Shown: in pieces, positions 1 to 52,193 of the stretch
Layout: the number at the start of each line of letters is the position of its first letter
How positions within the stretch are numbered: position 1 is the stretch's first letter
Made by a program: the position numbers and the translations under genes
Notes under the pieces: generated by a model
Told to the model about the DNA's origin: nothing
Seen by the model: only the letters and a program-made list of their open reading frames with translations
The model's database searches: none
NCBI RefSeq assembly: GCF_009914755.1
Contig: NC_060926.1
DNA length: 64,000 nt
Source of the DNA: the human T2T-CHM13v2.0 reference genome, Homo sapiens
Strand: one strand, 5' to 3'

Positions 1-447
1 ATGAAAATGAGGACCACATACCAGGGATGGAGGGAGCCTAGGATCCTAAAGAATGTGGAACAAAACCTACATCAGCCCTGGACTGCCTCTGGTTTTCTAC
101 AGAGAACTAAACTCCTAACTGGTTCAATACACTGTTTAGCTCTCAACTGCAGCCAAGTTTAGATATTGTTTCGCAGACTTCTGCAACAGGAACATCATTT
201 GAGATGTAATACCATCTAATAATGAGACCAAACATATTTCCCAAATATTACTAAAAGGTTGTGAATGCTCTACTTAAGGAGTATCAATCCATTAATAATG
301 GAAATAACATTTAAAAAATACATTTACTTTAAATATTTTTATATAACACATGCATAAAGATAAATGCTAATGATATCATAAAATCTGTAGAATGTTTAAT
401 ACTGATGAAAGGTTTTGTCTAAAGAATTTATTCTTATCTACACATGA

Positions 448-1496
<1,049 letters not shown>

Positions 1497-1710
1497 TACA
1501 TTTTTTTTAATGTTCTGAGTACCCTCACAGCCTAATTTTCTTGAACATTTATTCTGCCAAAAGGAACTGAATTTCTAACTTTTTCTCTATTACAATTTTC
1601 ATTAATCTTTTTGAATGCTTTTTTAAAATAGCTAACTTAAAAAAATCTAAGTCTCTAACAGAAATAAAAATCTCAACAATCAATTACTGGATTTCCAATA
1701 TAACCTTTTA

Positions 1711-2127
<417 letters not shown>

Positions 2128-2314
2128 TTATAAACACAACCTATCTTATTATAAATACAAAATAAGAAAAAGTGATACGTTAGCTGTTATGAAGGGTGAA
2201 AACATTATATAAACTTCAAAAGGCTGCTTTCTGCATCTGCATCTATGTAATTTCATGGTTCTCTACCAATTTCATTTACAGAAATAATCTCTATAGTCAA
2301 ATTATTGTTCACTT

Positions 2315-32929
<30,615 letters not shown>

Positions 32930-33358
32930 GGCGAGGAGTACACACGACTTGCCCACGGAAACGTACGGGTTAGCAGACCCACAACACGAAGCTCCTGCCT
33001 TTTAAGACTACAAAGAGGCAGCTCAAAATTAGACTGCACAGGTAAGCGAGGAACTGCAGTCTAAGCCTGGACTCTGCCTTCTGCCCTCCGGTCTCCTCTG
33101 CAGAAAGCACGAGGTTGCCCTTCTACAGACGCCCAGACCACAAACATCGACTACCTACTCCTAGATTTAGGAGTCATCGATTAGAAAAGGATAGTCGTAA
33201 AGGTAGCATGTCCCTTTAATCATTGTTAGAATTCTTCCCATACGTGTGGGCCCGTAATCGATTAGGAAAAAGATCCCACTCAAATCCGCTTTATTAATAA
33301 AAAATTTTTTTTCAAGAGGCTGTCCTGAGCCTGGATAGTTCAAACACAGCTCCTAGTT

Positions 33359-33416
33359 ACTACAAGTCTCAGAAAGCATCGCTTCTCAAACGCTGTGACC
33401 ACCGGGAATTGTAGTC
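33359..33416. promoter_or_regulatory. Pair of oppositely oriented ZNF143/THAP11 (SBS/ACTACA) motifs
   Basis: ACTACAAGTCTCAGAAAGCA at 33359-33378 (+) and GACTACAATTCCC at 33404-33416 (-); the motif is known to be enriched at bidirectional promoters. Confidence 0.75.
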
Positions 33417-33719
33417 TTTTTTTGCCACGCTGCCCTCAGAGTATCTTATTTGCATTAAATCCTCTAGACTCCAGCCAGATATCAAATTTCCTCTGCCTTC
33501 AGCTTTGCTTGACTAACGCCTTGCCAGTTTTTTTTTCTCATACATATTCCCAACCAGAGGCTCACTCGGCAGAGGTTTTTCCTAAATCTCGCCTCTAACT
33601 GCGGCTTTTAGAGAGAGGCGAGAGGCGGAAATACAAAGAAAAGAACGGATGAGAGAGGAAACGGTCGACGGTGGCCGATAGTGGTCCTACTGTCGTGGGA
33701 CTGCTCTGCGCGCTCCCGG

Positions 33720-34556
33720 TGGGGCGCGCCTGCGCATTATGCTGGTCTCCATGGCGGGGCCTCGGAGCCAAGACGAGGTTGAGTAGACTCGTTTTGAATT
33801 TTCTCCCCTCTGCTCCGGCGGACTTCCCATGTCGCCTTGTGGGGCTATCGGCGGCGGCAGGACTGGGGGAGTCAGAGGTCTGGCAGCGCTGTCTGCGCAG
33901 ACCTACCGGACGCTACCTCCCAACCCCCCTGTCTTCCTCCTGCCTCCTCCTCCTCCCGTCACCTCCTGACCCGCCGGAGCTCCGAGCAACTGCCGGCCTC
34001 CGCCCCCAGCCGCAGCCGGTCACTGGCGGCGCCTTCCGCGCCAAGCTTGGGGGCCTTTTCGGGGTCCCACATGGCACGGCTTCCGACCCCCGGCCCGGGA
34101 CGGGGCTCGCAGGCCCCAGAGGGGCAGGCTGGAGAAGGAGGAGGTTAGGTGTCTTCAGGAGGGTTGCTGAGCCCAAGGACGCGCCATCGCCGCGGAGAAG
34201 GAGCCGGACCCCTTGGGCGGAGCGCCCAATGTGTGGTCCCTCACGCCGTCCCGCACCTTGCTTTTTAGGGTTCTTTTTCCGCTTTCTGAGCCCTTTTATA
34301 CCTTACGTTTAGAAGGGGAAAATCATCCTCCCACACCTTCTCCCCGACTTTTTGCCTTTTTTGTCTTGAAGTTACCCAAAGGCCTGTGTATTGTTCTCAA
34401 TGGTCCCAAGAATTACTCTAATATAGTTGTTTTTCTGAGGGAGGATGGATGGAGATAACTATCCTGATCCCAATGTCACTTTTTAAGGCATTCGCTTCAA
34501 GAGACAAGCAGTTTAGAATCAGGCAGAACTGGATTGCAAAATTTATGGGCAGACCG
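33720..34556 (+). other. CARF: CARF non-coding exon 1 region (start approximate; alternative donors possible)
   Basis: Begins in the CpG island; donor CCG|gtatgt at 34557; possible earlier donors GAG|gttgag (33778) and GAG|gttagg (34144). Confidence 0.55.
33726..33736 (+). promoter_or_regulatory. NRF1-type motif
   Basis: GCGCCTGCGCA inside the CpG island. Confidence 0.6.
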
Positions 34557-35975
34557 GTATGTGTGCAGGTGAAGACAAAGCTTTCCTTTTTTACGTTGTT
34601 TAAAGATGTCCTACTGTAAGGTAGACGCCTAATGTTTAAATGAACGCCTAATATTTAAATAGAGAATGAGAAGAGATTTAAACAATTGGAAGAAAAAATA
34701 ATTTTTATTAGAGAGCAATGACAATAAAAGTAGGACTCTTTTCAGTTTACTCACCTTTGTAGCTCCGAATCCGGGCCCTGGAACCAGAATTCCTGGGTTC
34801 AAATCCTGCCTCTGCTACTTGATTAACCTTTTTGTGCCACACTTTTATCAACTATAAGAATTAACTGCGGCATCGGAAGCACTCAGTATATGTTAATTAT
34901 TATCATCAAATAGTTACTAATTCCAGTTTAACTAGAAGCTTTGCCAGCGTGAATAGATAAGGGAGAATAGCCACATTGAGTGGAGGAATAAAATTAGAAA
35001 ACCTCTGTGCTGAAGTCCCAGGAGATCACTTATTAGGCTTGAGCTTGCTAATGGAAGTGGTGATCGTTTAACCATGTGGTTATTGTAGTGGTGAGGATTT
35101 ACACATTAAATAAGTCTTGGGCATCTGAAGCTTGAAACACTTTCTTAATGAAATCTTGCCGTTGAATCTGTACTTACTGGTAATATGTCATTGGTTAAAA
35201 TATATTTATAAAATGTATAATTGACCAGCAGGTTAATACATTTTTATCATTAATTTGAAATTTATCAAAATGAGAATATACAGTACCTGACAGTAGAGTT
35301 TGATCTTAATTTGATTTGAAAATTATGATCAGGAAAATAACCTGAATATATGCTTAATAATATAAGACTTTCAGTTTGCAAAACAGAAATCCTGACTTGA
35401 CTAAAATACACTTTTCATTTGACGGAGACCTTTAGTTAAGGAAAGATTAGTTTTAGCATTCAACATAACTAAATACCCAGCATTATGTTTTACGGTTTTT
35501 TTCAACAATGATTTATGTGTCGTGTTTGGTGTTGCCTCCAAACAGTACCTAGGATAGCTGATGCTTTTACTTTGAGTCTTTTTCTTTAGTTGGAACATTA
35601 ATTGCAAGCTTTTGGTTGGTAATCATTTTTTATGGGATGTATTTACTATATGGTCCTCATGGAGACACATTGTTATCTGGAGAACCACAGTTTGGAAAAT
35701 ACATTTCTCTTTATTATAAAGTTTTTTGTTTTATATATATAATGCCACAGTGTGATAGGATACAAAGACTATGCATTAGGGCTTTGGAGTCTTAATTGTT
35801 CTTTGTGTTTTTCTTTTTTTCCAATTTGATTATGGATCCAAGCCTAATGCACTCTGTGATCTTAAGCAAGTTTCTTGACAGTTCCAGTTTTCTTATCTAC
35901 AAACAGAGACAAGAAGATCTACCTCAGAGTCATTGTAAGGATTAAATAAATTTGTAAAGCTCTCAAAGAGCAGCC

Positions 35976-37931
<1,956 letters not shown>

Positions 37932-38378
37932 GAGCAATACTTTTTAATGTAGTTAATAAGATCTGGCGCTGATAATGAATAGATTTAAAGATCTTTTACA
38001 TCTTAGGACATTAACCAAGGTATCTGGAATTTAAAGAAACAACTTCAAGCTGCTTTCTCTTTAATTACCCTATTTGGGGATTTATTCTAAGGTTATTGGT
38101 TGTAACAATAATATTTTAATACACAGAAGTCTGTGAAGGATACTCAACAACATGGTTGGATGTTAAGACCATTTTTTTTGGATATTACACATAAGAAATT
38201 GCCTCCAAAATTTTGAACTGATAGAATTGCTGTTGAATAAGATCCTAACAGCAGTGGCCCAAGTATGGTCCTTGAAGGAGACATGACAACAACCTGAATC
38301 GTCTCTACCCCTCTGCCATACATTCACTGTCTAAAAACAATAAAAAGCCCTTTCTTCCCAGAATAAAAACGCTGAGCT

Positions 38379-38801
<423 letters not shown>

Positions 38802-39327
38802 TTAATGCTTTAGTGTGTTTTCTGAAATCCAATCATTAACTGTTTAGGCTCCATATTTAATATTTTCTTTTTTCTTTCTGCTCTCTTTAATTGTAATACG
38901 CTTGCTTAAGAAATAAGCCTGTCAATTCTAGGGTTTGGGAGGTAGGGCATGGGGAGAAGAGCTTTTATTTTCAAGCTTCTTGTGGCTCCAAAAGATACCC
39001 TAATAGTAAGTATTTTCATTGATGAAAAATGTAATTTGCTAGAGATCTTTGTTTTAGTGATAGTTATAAAACGTGAGAATTTAAATATTCCAAATACCTG
39101 ATTTTAGACAAGGAAACAGGCACAGAGAGATTGTCACCTGTCCCAAGATACATGTAGTTACCTGTAAAGTCAGTCCTCATCTTTAGTTCTCTTAAATGAA
39201 TCAATTGATAGTTTTACCACACCAGGCTGATAATGGTTATTTTAAAATAAAACCTGCATAACAAAAAGTAATAATTATCTTTATGTGTAGGAAAATAAAA
39301 TATACATTAAATACCTTCTCATTACAG

Positions 39328-39494
39328 AGAAAATGCTGCTGTGAAGACCCAATTAAAGCTTTCACATAAATGAAGCTACAGCTATCATGATTTAGTGCCC
39401 CCAAAAGGAAGAACTTCAGTGGACAAGAAAGGACATTTCTGGGGGTAGTAGAATGCTTGAGGCCTGGAATTTAAACCTGAGCCACTATCTGAAG
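39328..39494 (+). other. CARF: CARF 5'UTR exon 2 (167 nt)
   Basis: ccttctcattacag| acceptor and AAG|gtaatt donor in non-repeat sequence; length agrees with my recollection of the CARF mRNA leader. Confidence 0.7.
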
Positions 39495-39689
39495 GTAATT
39501 TTTTTTAACTAATTGAAAGTAACAACTTTATTTTAAAAAGTTAACTATTATCTATTACATGTTTAAAAAGTCAAATTACCCTTTGTATATAGGTGCTTTG
39601 TTCTATTTATGTTTATCAGTTGGAAAAAACATTTTATACTTAGCTATTTAATATTAATATCTGCATTCTTATAAACTTTACTTTGACAG

Positions 39690-43866
<4,177 letters not shown>

Positions 43867-43867
43867 T

Positions 43868-45453
<1,586 letters not shown>

Positions 45454-45747
45454 TGTGATGTTAATTTTTGTTTCCCTAATGACTAATGCTGATCAGCATC
45501 TTTTGTGTGCTTACTTGCTAGCTATATATCTTCTTTAGTGAAGTTGTATCGTCAAACATCTTGCCAATTTTTTTAGTTGAGTTGTCTTACTGAGTTGTAA
45601 AAGTTCTTTAGAGTTTGAATATAAGGTCTTTGTCAGCTACATGTTTTGCAAATATTTTTTCCCATCTGTAATGAGAATACATTTTAAATTTTGACAAAGT
45701 CTAATTCATAGATTTTTTTCTTTTATATTTTGTACTGTTTGTTTCAG

Positions 45748-45866
45748 GTTTAATATATCTTTGCCAAGTCCAAGGGTACAAAGATTTTCTCCTGTGTTTT
45801 CTTCTAGAAGTTTTATCATTTGATAGTCTGTGATCCATTTCAAGTTGATTTGCTATCTGGTGTGAG
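45748..45866 (+). other. CARF: CARF 5'UTR exon 3 (119 nt), embedded in an antisense L1 fragment
   Basis: tgtttgtttcag| acceptor and GAG|gtaagg donor; length agrees with my recollection of the CARF mRNA leader. Confidence 0.65.
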
Positions 45867-45981
45867 GTAAGGGTCAAGGTTTATTGTTTTACATACGGCT
45901 ATTTAGTTGTTTTAGCACCATTAGTTAAAAAATGTCCTTTTTCTCTTGATGTATTGATATATTTGTCAAAAAGCAATTGAC

Positions 45982-47843
45982 TACCACCTAGAAATAGCTT
46001 CTCAGCTCCATCTCGAATCTGTCCAGTTCAGCCTGCTTGCCTCTACTCCATCCTCCACCATATCTATCAGGGTGACCCAGAAGTCCTACATGGTATCCAC
46101 CTCTGGTCCCTTGGTGGCCAAGGGCCTCCTTGGCAGCTGCTTATACAAGAATGGGCCAGATGTCTGCATTAACTCCTAGAACTTCTCCTGGATGGGCAAC
46201 AGCAGCAGCTTCCGGGGTAGCCTGGACACTGGCATGGGTCTGGAGGGAGGCTATGCCAGGTCTGGTGGTATGGAGGAGCATCACAGCTGCCACAGTGACC
46301 CAGAGCCTCCCGAGTCCCCTTAAGCTGGATGTGCACACCAACACCCAGGCTGTATGCACCCCGGAGAAATTGCAGATCAAGACCCTAAACAAGTTTGCCC
46401 CCTTCACTGAGAAGGTACCCTTCCTGGAGCAGCAGAACAAGATACTGGAGACCAAGTGGATCCTTTTGCAGCAGCAAAAAGTAGCTTGGAGCAACATGGA
46501 CAGCATGTTTGAGAGCTACATCAACAACCTAAAGCAGCAACTGGACACACTGAGCCAGGAGCAGCTGAAGCTGGAGGCAGAACTTGGCAACATGGAGAGA
46601 CCAGTGGAGGACTATCAAAAGTGTGAAGTTTAAATAACCAAGCCTACAGAGATGGAGAATGAATTTGTCCTCATCAAGAAGGATATGAATGTAGCTTACA
46701 TGAACAAGGTAGAGCTGGAATCTCACCTGGAAGAGCTGACTGACAAGATCAACTTCCTCATTCAGCTGTATGAAGAGGAGATCTGTGAGCTGTAGTCCCA
46801 GTTCTTGGTCACATCCCTGGTCCTGTCCATGGACAACAGCCACTCCCTCGATTTAAATGGCATCCTTGCCGAGGTCCGTGCCCAGTATGAGGAGATCACC
46901 AGCTGCAGCTGAGCTGAAACTGAAAGCATGTACAAGGAGTATTAGGAATATGATCAAGTGTGAGGAGCTGCAGACGCTGCCTGGGAAGCCAAGAATGACC
47001 TGCGTCACATGAAGACAGATCTCTAAGATGAACCAGAACATCAGCTTGCTTCAGGCTGAGAATGAGGGCCTCAAAGGCCAGAGGGCTTCCTTGGAGGCTG
47101 CCATCCCAGATGCTGAGTAGCAGGGGGAGCTGGCCATTAAGGATGCCAGTGCCAAGCTGGAAGCCATCCTCCAGAGAGCCAAGCAAGACATGGCCTGTCA
47201 GCTGCTTGAGTAACAGGAGCTGGTGAATGTTAAACTGGCCATGGACATCAAGATCTCCACTTACAAGAAGCTGCTGAAAGGCAAGGAGAGCCAGGTGGAG
47301 TCTGGGATGCAGAACATGAGTATCCATACAGAAACCACCAGTGGCTACTCAAGGGGCTGAGCTCGGCCTGCGAAGGCCTCACAAGCTTTGGCCACAAGTA
47401 TGACCTAGGGCCCCTTCCAATCCAGCTTAGACTCTGGCAGGGGCTCCACCTCCTTCAGCTGCACCAGCTCCTTCAGGGCCGTGGTTGTGAAGAGGATCGA
47501 GATCCACAATGGGAAGCTAGTATCTGAGTCCTTTGATGTCCTGCAATGAATGCCACTGCAACTCCTCCCAGCCTACCTACCTCCTCTGGCCGACCAGAGC
47601 CTGTGGGGGAGGCAACTGTGCAGGGAAGCATAGGGAACAGGAGACCACCTGAGGCCCAATTGTGGACCTCAGCCCACCCTTAAGGGAACCTAGGGTGGTT
47701 CCTAGACGACCGCCTCTTTTTCATGCTCGCAACTGAAAACCAGTTTATACCTTTGGGAGCCTTCTGGTTAAAACAAAATTTTAAAAACAGACAAAACCTA
47801 GTTCAATTGTTTTTTCAAAATAAAGCCTCAGCTAAGCCAAAGA
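45982..47843 (+). pseudogene. Processed keratin 8 (KRT8) pseudogene, full length, in CARF intron 3
   Basis: Intronless KRT8-like sequence from SIRVTQKSY through FLEQQNKILETKW and ISTYKKLL to GKLVSESFDVL. Start mutated to ATA (46060); stops at 46177, 46793, 47118, 47211; frameshifts. AATAAA at 47819; TSD AAAAAGCAATTG at 45968-45979 and 47844-47855. Confidence 0.95.
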
Positions 47844-50800
47844 AAAAAGCAATTGGCCAGATAATGTGTGGGTCAATTTCTGGATTGTCTATTCTGTCCA
47901 TTGATCTATTTGTCTATTTTTACACCGATACCATAATACCTTGATTGTTATATCTTTGTATTAAGTCTAAAAATCAGTAGTAGTGTAAGAACTCCAACCT
48001 TGTCTTCTTTTCCAAAGTTGTTTTGGCTGTTCAACCTTTGCACTTCCGTATGAATTTTAGGATCAGATTCTCAATTTTAAAAAACCTACTGGGATTTAGG
48101 TTGGGATGATATACAATACATAGATCAAGTTGGAAGATATAATATCTTATTGAGTCTTCCATTTTATAGACACAGTATATGTCATCACTCATTCAGATAT
48201 TCTTTAATTTCTCCTACCTAGGTTTTGTAGTTTACGATACATATATCTTGCATATCTCTTGTCAAGTTTATTCCTAAATTTTTATTTTTTTGAGACAGGG
48301 TCTTGCTCTGTCGCCCAGGTTGGAGGGCAGTGGTGCAATCATAGCTCACTGCAGCTCAGGCTCAGATGATCCTCCTACCTTAGCCTCTTGAGTAGCTGGG
48401 ACTACAGGCATGCACCACCATGCCCAGCTAATTTTTATATTTTTTTGTAGAGATAAGGTTTCATCATGTTGCCCGTGGCTGGTCTCGAACTCCTGAGTTC
48501 AAGCAGTGTGCCCATCTCGGCTTCCCAAAGTGCTGGGATTACAGGCATGAGCCACAGTGCCTGGCTTATTTGTGCTTTTTTTTCTTTCTTTCTCTGGAGG
48601 CCTGTCCTTCCCTTTCTCTACAGAAAACCAGTTTGTGGCGTTGTTGACATCTGCATTATGTCTTTTTATTCTGTTTCATTGAATTACATCCTTTAATATG
48701 GCCTTCATTTTTATGTGCTCACATTTCTTAGTTTCTGGCTTTTCAAAATGGACACATAGTTCATTAATTCAGTCTTTTTTTTTTCCATAAAAGCAAGCTT
48801 TTAAAAATATTTTTAATTGACAAAAATTGTGTATATTGATGATATACAACATGATGTATGTATATATCCTGGATGGGTTAGAGCAGGCTAATTAACATAT
48901 GTATTACTCATATACTTTTTTTGTGGTGAGAATATTTAAAATCTATTCTTGCAGCAGTTTTCAAGTATATAATGTGGGGTTTTTGGCTTTTTTTCTTTCA
49001 TTATTTTTAATTGACACATAATTGTATAAGTTAATGGGGTATAGTGTGATATTTTGATACATGTATAAAACGTGTAATGATCAAATCAGGATAGTTAGCA
49101 TATTCATCATCTCAAACATTTTTCATTTCTTTGTATTGGGACCATTCAAAATCTGCTCTTCTAGCTATTTGAAAATATACGATATATTGTTAATTATAGT
49201 CACCCTATAGTGCTATAGAACACTAGAACTTATTCCTCCTATCTAGCTGTCTTTTTTTTTTTTTTTTGAGACAGGGTCTCACTCTTGTCCCCTAGGCTGG
49301 AGTGCCAGCGGCGTGATCACAACTCCCTGCAGCCTTGATCTCCCAGGTTCAAGCAATCCTCACCTAAGCCTCCTGAGTAGCTAGGACTACGGGTGTACAC
49401 CACCATGCCCAGTTAATTTTTTAATTACTATATTTGGTAGAGATGGGGTCTCACTATGTTGTCCAGGTTGCCTGGGGTCAAGCTTGACCTCCCAAAATGC
49501 TAGGATTACAGGCATGAGCAACCGCACTCTGTCCTAGCTGTACTTTTGTAACCATCAACCATTTGGCTGTTCCCTTCCCTACCCTACCCTTCCCCACCTC
49601 TAGTAACCATTATTCTACTCCCTACTTCTATGAAATCAACCTTTTAACTTTACACATGAGTGAGAACATGCAGTATTTGTCTTTCTGTGCCTGGCTTATT
49701 TCTCAAACATAATGTCCTCTAAGCCCATCTACGTTGCTGTGAATGACAGAATTTCATTTTTTTTAATGGCTAAATAGTATTCTATTGTGTATATATACCA
49801 CATTTTCTTTACCAGTTTATCTGTTTACGGACACTTAGGTTGATTCCATATCTTGACCATTGTGGAATAATGATGTAATAAACATGGGAGTGCAGCTTTC
49901 TCCTTGACTTACTGATTTCCTTTCCTTTGGATATTTACCCATTAGTGGAATTGCTGGATCATATGGTAGTCTATTTTTAGTTTTTTGAGTAATCTCTATA
50001 CTGTTTTTCATAATGGCTGTACTAATTTACACCAACAGTGTATGAGTTCCCTTTTCTCCAAATCCTTGCCAGCATTTGTTATTTTTTGTCTTTTTGATAA
50101 TAGCCATTCTAACCGAGGTGAGATGATAGCTCATTGTGATTTTGATTTGTATTTACCCGATTCTTAGAGATTTTTTTTAAAGATATATACCCGTTGACCA
50201 TTCGTATGTCTTCTTCGTCAGACAGGGTCTCATTCTATCGTCCAGGCTGGAGTGCAGTGGCTCAATCTCGGCTCACTGCAGCCTCAGTCTCCCGGGCTTA
50301 GGTGCGAGCAGCTAGGACCACAGGTCCGTGCCACCATCCCCGGCTAATTTTTTGTGTTTTTGTAGAGACAGGGTTTCACCATGTTGTCTAGGCTGGTCTC
50401 AAACTCCTGACCTCAGGCAGTCCTCCAGCCTCAGCCTCCCAAAATGTGGGGATTACAGGTGTGAGCCATCAGCCTGGCCTGTATATCTTCTTTTGAGAGA
50501 TGTCTGTTCAGCTCATTTGTCCATTTCTAAATGAAATTATTTATTTATTAATCCCTCGTGGAATAGTTTGCAAATATTTTCTTCCACTCTGCAGGTTGTC
50601 TCTTCACTCTGTTGCTTGTTTAGTTTGCTGTACAAAAGCTTTTTAGTTTGATACAAATCCATTTGTCTATTTTTGCTTTTGAGGTCTTAGCCATAAAAAT
50701 CTTTGCCTAGACCAATGTCCTGAAGCATTACCCCTGTGTTTTCTTCTGGTAGTTTTATAGTTCCAGGTCTCACATTTAAGTCTTTAATCCATTTTTAGTT

Positions 50801-52193
50801 GGTTTTTATATATGGTGAGAGCTAGGGGTCTACTTTCATTTTACTGCATACAGATATCCAGTTTTCCCAGGACCTTTTATCAAAGGGACTGTCCCTTCCC
50901 CAGTGAATATTCTTGGTACCTTTGTTGAAAATCAATTGGCTGTAAGTGCGTAGATTTTGTTTGTTTGTTTGTTTTCTATTCTCTTCCATTGGTGTGTCTG
51001 TTTTTATGCCAGTACTGTGATGTTTTGGTTATATAGCTTTGTAATATATTTTGAAGCCAGATAGTATGATGCTTCTAGCTTTGTTCTTTTTGCTTAGGAT
51101 TGCTTTGGCTAGTCAAGGTCTTTTGTGGTTCCATACAAATTTTAAGGTTTTTGTTGTTTCTATTTGTGTGAAGACTATCATTGGGATTTCGGGGCTTTTG
51201 TTGTTGTTGTTGTTTTGTTTTTTTAAGAGATAGGGTCTTGCTACAGTACCCAGACTGGCCTTGGAATCCTGGGCTCAAGCAATCCTCCTGCCTCAGCCTT
51301 CTGAGTAGCTGGGACTATGGATGTGTGCCATTGTACCCAGCTCATTGGTATTTTTATAAGGATTGCAGTGAATCTGTTGATCGCCTTTGGTAGTATGGTC
51401 ATTTTCACAATATTAATTATTCCACTCCATAAATGCGATGTCTTTCCATTTTTTGTGTGTGTTCTCCAATTTATTTCATTCAATGTGTGTGGGGGGTTTT
51501 GTTTTGTTTTGTTTTGAGACAGGGCCTCAATCTGTCGCCCAGGCTGGAGTGCAGTGGCTCGATCTCGGCTCACTCCAACCTCTGCCTCCTGGGCTCAAGC
51601 GATTCTCATGCCTTAGCCTCCTGAATAGCCGGAATTATAGTTGTGCATCACCATGTCTGCCTAATTTTTGTATTTTTAGTAGACACAGGGTTTCACCATG
51701 TTGGCCAGGCCTGTCTCAACTCCTGACCCCAAGTCATCCACCTGCCTTGGCTTTCCAAAGTGCTGGGATTACAGGCCTGAGCCACCACACCTGGCCTCGT
51801 TCAGTGTTTTACAGTATTTAATGGTATCCCATAATTCTTATAGACTTTCTTTGTTCATTTTCATCATTATTTCCTTCTTTTCTCTCTCTGGGTAATTTCA
51901 AATGACCTATGTCCAAGTTCAGAAATTCTCTCTGCTTGATCAAGTCTGCTAATTGAAGCTCTCTATTGTATTTATTTCATTCATTGAATTCTTCAGCAGC
52001 AGGATTTTTGTTTTGTTCTTTTTATTATTTGTATCTCTTTGTTGAATTTCTTGTTCATATTGTGAGTTGTTTTCCGACTTCATTGAATTATCTATTTGTA
52101 TTTTCTTGTTTCTTGTTAAGTTTAAGACCATTGTTTTGAAAAATTTTTGGCAACTCGTAGCCTTTTTATCATTAGAATCTGTTACTAGAGTTA

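Larger units (their letters stand above)
45460..48280 (-). mobile_element. Old antisense L1M fragment, split by the KRT8 pseudogene insertion
   Basis: TTTGCAAATATTTTTTCCCA, TGTTTTCTTCTAGAAGTTTTA and AGCACCATT before the pseudogene; TCTATTCTGTCCATTGATCTA continues after it. Confidence 0.75.

Noticed and set aside
1-156. Possible MLT1J-like LTR remnant at the window edge
   Set aside because: Resemblance is partial and truncated by the window boundary; too weak to annotate
33671-34312. 213-aa plus-strand ORF
   Set aside because: GTG start, Pro/Arg/Gly-rich low complexity, and coincident with the CpG island where stop codons are depleted
46130-46633. 167-aa keratin-like ORF as a functional gene
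   Set aside because: Fragment of a processed pseudogene: lost ATG, several stops and frameshifts, no introns, TSD-flanked
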